NCBI GenBank assembly: GCA_046757165.1
Contig: JBHHXT010000170.1
Span: forward strand, 1-10,796
Direction: 5' to 3'
Length of the DNA: 10,796 bases
Source of the DNA: a bacterium
GTDB lineage: Bacteria > Zhuqueibacterota > Zhuqueibacteria > Oceanimicrobiales > Oceanimicrobiaceae
Shown: piece by piece, positions 1 to 5,557 of the stretch
How positions within the stretch are numbered: position 1 is the stretch's first letter
Layout of the letters: each line of letters starts with the position of its first letter
The notes under the pieces: generated by a model
What the model saw: only the letters and a program-made list of their open reading frames with translations
The model's database searches: none
Told to the model about the DNA's origin: nothing
Position numbers and translations under genes: made by a program

Positions 1-33
1 ACGCAGAGCATGGGAACGAGAATCGAAAACTGA
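1..33 (+). CDS. Probable 3' end of an upstream gene of the same operon (partial, ...TQSMGTRIEN*)
   Basis: Frame 1 is open from base 1 to TGA at 31-33, followed by one base and then ATG at 35. The same TGA-N-ATG junction occurs at 3527/3529. Too short to assign a product. Confidence 0.45.
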   Translation, partial: TQSMGTRIEN

Positions 34-34
34 A

Positions 35-472
35 ATGGAAAACCCGTTTGAATTCTTGCGCATCGACCCGGCTGCGGACATTCACAAAATCACGGAAATC
101 TGTCAGCAGCGCAGCCAAACCGCGACAGAAGAAGAGCGCCGGCGGATCCAGGATGCGCTCATCGCCCTGCGGGATGAAAAACGCCGGCTGCAATTTGCGC
201 TGGGCACACCTCACAATCCGGAATATGAGGTCTCAGCCTGGGACCGGTTCATACAGGAGCACCGGCGGATGCCTTTCAAACAAAAAGATGTCATACCGCC
301 AGGTGTGAACAGCGCACAGCTCGAGGACATCGATCTCGCGCACCTGGAAATCCTGCTCAGCCAGCCTGATCCGGAGGAGCACCCCTTGAGCCGGCAAGAG
401 CTGCAGACACTGGCCGCGGCTTTTGATTTTGACAAGATGTTTCTGGATTATCTAAATCAGATCGAAGCATGA
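35..472 (+). CDS. J-domain-like protein lacking the HPD motif (145 aa)
   Basis: NPFEFLRIDPAAD resembles J-domain helix I (DPYEVLGV...AS). ATEEERRRIQDALIALRDEKRRLQF resembles helices III/IV (AEEKFKEINEAYEVLSDPEKRxxY). No HPD is present. Lies directly upstream of the GrpE-like and Hsp70 genes, with an ATGA overlap at 469-472. Confidence 0.7.
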   Translation: MENPFEFLRIDPAADIHKITEICQQRSQTATEEERRRIQDALIALRDEKRRLQFALGTPHNPEYEVSAWDRFIQEHRRMPFKQKDVIPPGVNSAQLEDIDLAHLEILLSQPDPEEHPLSRQELQTLAAAFDFDKMFLDYLNQIEA

Positions 473-978
473 AACAGCCTGAAGTATTCAAAATCACAGA
501 AGCTCCCAGGACCCTGCCGGAACACACCAGCGCTGGAACCTACCTGGTAGACCTGGTGCGTCTGGTGCGGGAAGGGGACCACGCAAAGCAGGCGGCTGAA
601 GAAAAAGCAACACGCCTGCAGGAGAAAATCGACACGATCTTGATTCAAGTTGCGGACGCGCTCTTTGACCTGCGCCGCATGCTGGAAAGGGACGATGAGT
701 CGAGGCTGACGGCGCGCATGCGGGCGCTCAGCCAGCCCCTGGAGGCCCTGCTGCAGAACAGCGGGGTCACCATCGAGGAGCCGACCGGGCAAATTCTGCA
801 AGAGGCGCTGCACCAGAAAGTCGAGCTGCACGGCTGGCTCCCCTCTGATGACACGGAGGAACGCGTGCACGAAACCATCGCGCCTATCGTTTTGCGCGCA
901 GGCCGGGTCATTCGGCCGGGACGGGTTATCGGCCTGTCCAGGAACGCAAACAACAAACCGGAGGCAGAAAGAGAATGA
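469..978 (+). CDS. grpE: Divergent GrpE-like nucleotide exchange factor (169 aa)
   Basis: N-terminal long helix (AEEKATRLQEKIDTILIQVADALFDLRRML), then LLQNSGVTIEEPTG...LHQKV...VHETIAPIVLRAGRVIRPGRV, matching the GrpE C-terminal pattern (L..GV..I...G..FDP..HEA...V.E....GY....RVLRPA.V). ATGA overlaps on both sides; adjacent to Hsp70. Confidence 0.8.
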   Translation: MKQPEVFKITEAPRTLPEHTSAGTYLVDLVRLVREGDHAKQAAEEKATRLQEKIDTILIQVADALFDLRRMLERDDESRLTARMRALSQPLEALLQNSGVTIEEPTGQILQEALHQKVELHGWLPSDDTEERVHETIAPIVLRAGRVIRPGRVIGLSRNANNKPEAERE

Positions 979-3527
979 TTGTAGACAAAGCCATCGGAAT
1001 CGATCTGGGGACCACCAACAGCGCCGTCGCTGTGCTCGACCTCACGGATACGAATCTCATCATCGCTGCGGACGAGCGGGGTCGCAATACCACGCCCTCG
1101 GCGGTCGCGGTCGACCCCAGGAACGGTGAGGTGCTGGTTGGCCGCGAAGCCCGCCGGCGCCGGGGCACCACGCCCGAGCCTGTTTTGTCCATCAAAAGAA
1201 AGATGGGCACCGCCGAGCGCGTTCGGCTGGGACAAGAAAAAGTCTCTCCGGTGCACGTCTCTGCGCTGATCCTGCGGGAAATGAGGCGCCAGATCGAAAC
1301 CCAGCTTACGCGCACCTATAACGACGTGGCGTTCGAGATCAAGCGGGCCATCATCACCAAACCAGCCTATTTCGGGTTTCAGCAAATAGAGCAGACACGC
1401 GATGCCGGGATGGCGGCGGAGCTGGAGGTGGTGGAGCTCCTGGAGGAACCGACGGCCGCAGCCATTTACTACTCCTGGAAGCATGGCCTGCAGGATGCCA
1501 CCTTCATGGTCTACGACCTCGGCGGCGGCACCTTCGATGTTTCGATCATCCGCCGAATCGCCGGCGAATACCAGATCCTGGGGGTCAGCGGAGACAACTA
1601 CCTCGGCGGCGACAACTTCGACCGCCTGCTGGCAAACCACATCCTGGACAATCTCATCGCCGACGGCTACGACCTGAAATTCGATACCAAAAACAGCCTG
1701 CAGGACAAACTGAACTTCGAAAAGCTGGTGATGAAGGCAGAAAGCAGCAAAATCGAGCTGAGCAGCACCGACGTCTACCAGCTCCACGCTGCGGATATCT
1801 TCTCGGACCGCCAGGGCCAAAGCGTCACGCTGGACATGCAAATCTCGGACAAAGAATTTGAAAGCCTGATCGCCAACGATATCGCCCGCACCATCCTGCT
1901 TTGTGGTGAAGCCATGGAACAGGCCAAACAGAAAGCCGACAAAGACGAACTCAAGATCGATCATATTCTCATGGTCGGAGGATCTTCCAAGATACCGTAT
2001 GTTCAGCGTCAGCTCGAGCAGGCGTTTGCCGCCAGGCCCCTTTTGGACGAGCCGGACACCTGCGTGGCCTTCGGCGCTGCCCTGCGCGCCGCGACCTTCG
2101 GCACAGCCATGACAGACGACAGCCGCAAAGTGCAGGTTTTCTTCCCCAAAGCCAGCGCGACGAGCCAGACTACTTACTCTCTCACCGGAGAGGTGAAAGC
2201 GCTCGACCCGGCGGTGGACCTGGAGAGCGCGACCGTTGAGGTCGTCAACCAGGTCTCGGGTGAAAAACGCGAAGAAGAGCTCGACGCAGACCACCGCTTT
2301 GTCATCGACAATCTCGCGTTAGATGAAGAGTTTACCAACAATTTCACGCTCAGAGTCCTCGACCAGGAGGGGCAGGAGCTGGTGCACCTGGCGCGCAACA
2401 TTGTGCAGAGTAAGACGCACACCAGCGCCGGTGGTGAGCTCTCGCGCGTCACGACCCTGGCGCGGCCCATCCAGCTCGAGATTTTGCGCGGCAACCAGGT
2501 GCGGAAGAAAGTGCTGCTGCGGCGCGGAACCTCGCTGCCCTGTGAAGAGAAGTTCAGACTGGCGACCGTGGACGAAAGCAATGAAATCCGCTTTCCGATC
2601 TACGACGAGCACATGCTGCTCAAAGAGGTCACCGTCAAGCTCGACCCGCCGCCCGCGATCGGCACGCAGATCGACTTCGTGATCCGGTGTGATGAAAAGT
2701 ACTTCATGACCATTCACGGCGACATCCAGGGCAAGAACTTTTCCGCCTTCATCGAACCGCCCCCGCCGCAGAAACCGCCGACACCAACGGACTGGGAGCG
2801 ACTGCAGCAAGAATTCGACGATGTGTGCCAGTCACTGCCCGAAGGTGAAAAGATCGTGTTCGAAGCCAGGCGGATGCGACTCGACCGCTCTCTGAAAGAA
2901 GCCTTCCAGGCCAACGACAGCCCCATGGTACAGAGCAAGATGGGTGAGTACCGTGACCTGGTTGAGGAGATCAAACTGCAAGCGAGCGAGACTCTGGAGC
3001 CGCCGTGGGAGGAGTTTATGAATGTTGCCAATGCCTGCAAGCAACTGGGCACCCTGGCAGCGCAAAAACTCCCTGGCTTCAAACCCGATGAATGGCAGCA
3101 AAATATCCAATTTCAGATCGACAAGGGGCAGGAAGCGTTTGCCAGCAAGAATCAGCAGTTGTATTCCCACTGCCACGAACGGCTTCTGAACTTTTATTTC
3201 TATCTGAAAGATCAACTGAAACCTGCCGCGCCGGTCGGCCAGGAGTCGGAACCGGATCCGGGCGCAGAAGCCATGCAGGTGCTGGGCCAACTGGCCAATG
3301 ATATCCAGAAGTTAGGCCAGGCGGCGCAGGCCAAGAATCGCCAGGACCTGGTCGAGCGGGTGCGGGAGCTGAACATGACGCTCAATCAGCTCTATCAAAA
3401 AGTTCCAACTGAACCGCAGGAAGTCATGACGCAAGCCAGAGTCATTGCGGCCGAGCTGAGCAAGATCGCGCAGCAATTGAAAATACCGGTCGACGCCATC
3501 GGGCTGGTGCAGGAGGTGAATCCCTGA
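975..3527 (+). CDS. Non-canonical Hsp70 family protein (850 aa); specialised DnaK paralogue, not housekeeping DnaK
   Basis: Hsp70 ATPase signatures: GIDLGTTNS, TPSAV, SIKRKMG, PAYF, EPTAAA, VYDLGGGTFDVSI, LGGDNFD, ILMVGGSSKIP, VAFGAA. SBD-beta-like region at aa ~491-594. GGAGG Shine-Dalgarno at 960-964. Confidence 0.95.
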   Translation: MIVDKAIGIDLGTTNSAVAVLDLTDTNLIIAADERGRNTTPSAVAVDPRNGEVLVGREARRRRGTTPEPVLSIKRKMGTAERVRLGQEKVSPVHVSALILREMRRQIETQLTRTYNDVAFEIKRAIITKPAYFGFQQIEQTRDAGMAAELEVVELLEEPTAAAIYYSWKHGLQDATFMVYDLGGGTFDVSIIRRIAGEYQILGVSGDNYLGGDNFDRLLANHILDNLIADGYDLKFDTKNSLQDKLNFEKLVMKAESSKIELSSTDVYQLHAADIFSDRQGQSVTLDMQISDKEFESLIANDIARTILLCGEAMEQAKQKADKDELKIDHILMVGGSSKIPYVQRQLEQAFAARPLLDEPDTCVAFGAALRAATFGTAMTDDSRKVQVFFPKASATSQTTYSLTGEVKALDPAVDLESATVEVVNQVSGEKREEELDADHRFVIDNLALDEEFTNNFTLRVLDQEGQELVHLARNIVQSKTHTSAGGELSRVTTLARPIQLEILRGNQVRKKVLLRRGTSLPCEEKFRLATVDESNEIRFPIYDEHMLLKEVTVKLDPPPAIGTQIDFVIRCDEKYFMTIHGDIQGKNFSAFIEPPPPQKPPTPTDWERLQQEFDDVCQSLPEGEKIVFEARRMRLDRSLKEAFQANDSPMVQSKMGEYRDLVEEIKLQASETLEPPWEEFMNVANACKQLGTLAAQKLPGFKPDEWQQNIQFQIDKGQEAFASKNQQLYSHCHERLLNFYFYLKDQLKPAAPVGQESEPDPGAEAMQVLGQLANDIQKLGQAAQAKNRQDLVERVRELNMTLNQLYQKVPTEPQEVMTQARVIAAELSKIAQQLKIPVDAIGLVQEVNP
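3511..3518 (+). promoter_or_regulatory. Shine-Dalgarno sequence for the TPR gene, embedded in the Hsp70 3' end
   Basis: AGGAGGTG ends 10 nt before the ATG at 3529. Confidence 0.8.
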
Positions 3528-3528
3528 C

Positions 3529-3993
3529 ATGGAACGTGACGCCAAACTGCTCTGTCCCCACCAGACGTGCGGACACCTGAACGCTTGGGACAAAACCGAA
3601 TGCGAGGCATGTGGTGCGGACTTGCGCACATTTGCCAGGCTGTATCTCATTCCTGCATTATTATATAATCAAGGGTTGCAGGCGTATCACGAGGGCGCGA
3701 CAGAAAAAGCGCTGCGCTACCTGCACCTGTCGAGCGAGCTCAATCCCAGAGACGTGCAGCCGCTGCTCGTGCTCGGCAAACTCTATGCGCAGCAAGAAAA
3801 GCTCGAGCTGGCGATGGACGTCTGGCTCGACGCACTCGAAGTCGATCCCAGCAACAAAACCGCCATGACCTGCTTGTATGAAGCGAAGAAACTGTTGACC
3901 GCGAAACGAACAAAGGCGAGCAAACCGAAACGCCGGGGCGACAAAAAATCGAAATCGCGTCGTCGCGCCAGCCGCGTGACTGCTCGCAAATGA
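3529..3993 (+). CDS. Zinc-ribbon + TPR protein with basic C-terminal tail (154 aa)
   Basis: CPHQTC...CEACG zinc ribbon. Two TPR motifs (YNQGLQAYHEGATEKALRYLHLSSELNP; LLVLGKLYAQQEKLELAMDVWLDALEVDPSN). Last 36 aa contain 18 K/R. Strong SD AGGAGGTG at 3511-3518. Confidence 0.88.
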   Translation: MERDAKLLCPHQTCGHLNAWDKTECEACGADLRTFARLYLIPALLYNQGLQAYHEGATEKALRYLHLSSELNPRDVQPLLVLGKLYAQQEKLELAMDVWLDALEVDPSNKTAMTCLYEAKKLLTAKRTKASKPKRRGDKKSKSRRRASRVTARK

Positions 3994-4037
3994 CGGAGAT
4001 AGGTGTGCATGTGGTTCCAATTTCGACTGCGCTTGTT

Positions 4038-4131
4038 GAACCCTTTCAGGGTTCGCCTGACATGTTCCTCTTTCCATCCCCAGGGTACGTCTTCGACGAA
4101 CCCTGGGCTTTGATGTCCGTCGCCTTCGGCG
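4038..4131. repeat. REP-like intergenic palindromic element (three hairpins)
   Basis: GAACCCT-TTC-AGGGTTC (4038-4054); CCCAGGGT-A-CGTC-TTC-GACG-A-ACCCTGGG (4079-4107); CGCC-TTC-GGCG (4121-4131). The hairpins are seen directly. Multi-copy status cannot be shown from this window. Confidence 0.7.
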
Positions 4132-4140
4132 TAAACAAAA

Positions 4141-4257
4141 AGCGAACTCGGGAATGAAATCATCTCATCGTCTTCGTCTTATTGTAACTCAAATCATTGT
4201 GGCGAAGTGAGAACGGGTAATGCCTAACTTAACTTAATCATCTATTGAGGGTGGATT
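4141..4257 (+). promoter_or_regulatory. AT-rich probable promoter/leader region for module 2
   Basis: Visibly more AT-rich than the flanking genes. TAACTTAACTTAA direct repeat with TAnnnT -10-like hexamers at 4225-4237. SD-like GAGGGTGG just before ATG 4258. No convincing -35 element found. Confidence 0.35.
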
Positions 4258-5541
4258 ATGAATGCTCGAAGAAAACTATTTCTAAACCTGGCGTTGCTCT
4301 CAGGCATGTTGATCGGCTGTGCAAGTCAAGCGCCACATACCACGCCGGTGACCTCTCCAAAGCCGGCGCCTCCGCCGGCAACGCAGGCCTGGGAGGACCA
4401 AATCTATTTCGAGGACAAAGAAACGGAAAAGCAATTTAGCTGGCAGCTCGAACCCAATGAACAGATGACCCTCCCTATGACCTTCACAACCAGGGGCAAG
4501 CTGGAGGTGGTGAATTATCACTCCAGCACCACGGACCTTTATTTCAACGAACAGGCCGAGGGGCGCCATTTCCGCTCAAAAAAACACAAACGGGAATTTA
4601 CCAAGAAAGTGACCCGAGGCATGCTCAACAGACGCTACTACCTGCATGTCATTTCCAACGCCACCACCCCAGCAGAAGCTGCTATCAAGATGGAATTCAG
4701 CCCGGAGCCCATTCAGGTCGTGAACAAGGAGCCTGTGGTGGTAACAAAACCCAAGGCAGCAGAAACGCGGCGCAAAAGGTCGAAGGAGTCTGCCACACCT
4801 CGCTCGCGAAAAAAAGAAAAGCGCCCGGCCAGACCACCGAAACCTGAACCGGCACCGCCGCCAAAACCGGCAGACGTCGCCAGCAAAAAAGATCCCTGCG
4901 CCACGGCACAGGATCTTTTCGACCGGGCGAAAACCGCCTACAACCAGGGGAATCTGGAGGAAGCCAGCCGCCTGGCCTCGACGGTCAGCGGCGACTGCCC
5001 GCAAATCCAGCGCGAAGCTGACGTTCTGGTCGAAGCGATCGCCAAACAACAACTGGAGCAGATGCAGAGCACCTTTCAGCGCATTGTCACGCTGGTGGAC
5101 ACAGACCGGTCCACAGAGGCGCGCCGGCTGCTGCCGAAACTCAGAAACTCGAGCGAGCTCTACGACCAGGCGCGCGAGCTGATCGAATCGGCCGAAAATA
5201 CCGGTGTGGTGCTCGGCAGTCTGGCGGTCAGCAGCGGAGTCCCGCGCAAAGGCCAGGGCGTGGACGCACGCGGGCGGTTGGCGCAAGGCCGGCAAACGAC
5301 CTATTCTCTCAACATCGAAAGCCGCGGCGACCTCGAGGCCATGGTGGATCTGGGCTACACCCTGCGTGGGGGCGGCCTGGAGCTCAAGGAGATCAAGCAG
5401 GTCAGGATCGGCAGTGAAAAGGTGGACAAACTGCGCTACGTCTGGCTCAACGTGAAACCAGGCACAAAATTGGACGTCACGGTGCGCAACCAGGACGGCA
5501 ACGCAAACTACGCCATCAATTTCTATCTCTATCCGAATTGA
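4258..5541 (+). CDS. Uncharacterised multidomain lipoprotein (427 aa)
   Basis: Basic n-region, hydrophobic h-region and lipobox LIG-C (Cys21). Then a Pro-rich tether, beta-rich domain, K/R/P-rich linker, TPR-like helical region with Cys214/Cys247, and a second beta-rich domain. Confidence 0.85.
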   Translation: MNARRKLFLNLALLSGMLIGCASQAPHTTPVTSPKPAPPPATQAWEDQIYFEDKETEKQFSWQLEPNEQMTLPMTFTTRGKLEVVNYHSSTTDLYFNEQAEGRHFRSKKHKREFTKKVTRGMLNRRYYLHVISNATTPAEAAIKMEFSPEPIQVVNKEPVVVTKPKAAETRRKRSKESATPRSRKKEKRPARPPKPEPAPPPKPADVASKKDPCATAQDLFDRAKTAYNQGNLEEASRLASTVSGDCPQIQREADVLVEAIAKQQLEQMQSTFQRIVTLVDTDRSTEARRLLPKLRNSSELYDQARELIESAENTGVVLGSLAVSSGVPRKGQGVDARGRLAQGRQTTYSLNIESRGDLEAMVDLGYTLRGGGLELKEIKQVRIGSEKVDKLRYVWLNVKPGTKLDVTVRNQDGNANYAINFYLYPN

Positions 5542-5557
5542 ATCACAGGAGAGTTGT

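Noticed and set aside
645..2294. 549-aa minus-strand ORF opposite grpE/hsp70
   Set aside because: Long antisense ORFs opposite dnaK-family genes are a known artefact, often mis-annotated as NAD-specific glutamate dehydrogenase. DDRNIEGAAAEVVD is simply the reverse complement of VYDLGGGTFDVSII.
3507..3527. Hsp70 C-terminus VQEVNP as an EEVD-like TPR ligand
   Set aside because: QEV is encoded by CAG GAG GTG, i.e. the Shine-Dalgarno of the next gene, which explains it. The TPR also lacks an obvious carboxylate-clamp (K...N) pattern.
975..3527. Naming the Hsp70 dnaK, hscA or hscC
   Set aside because: Length, missing linker, inserted domain, atypical lid and absence of dnaJ/hrcA or isc context do not support any of these symbols.
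35..3993. Pseudogenised or decaying heat-shock operon
   Set aside because: All frames are intact with tight coupling, catalytic residues are retained, and the changes appear concerted rather than random.
4038..4140. Intrinsic terminator or CRISPR repeat interpretation of the hairpins
   Set aside because: No hairpin is followed by a clear T-tract on either strand. The units differ in sequence and length, with no regular repeat-spacer pattern and no cas genes.
4735..4880. K/R/P-rich stretch of the lipoprotein as a DNA repeat or DNA-binding domain
   Set aside because: No regular nucleotide repeat unit is visible. The protein is exported, so this is best read as a low-complexity linker.
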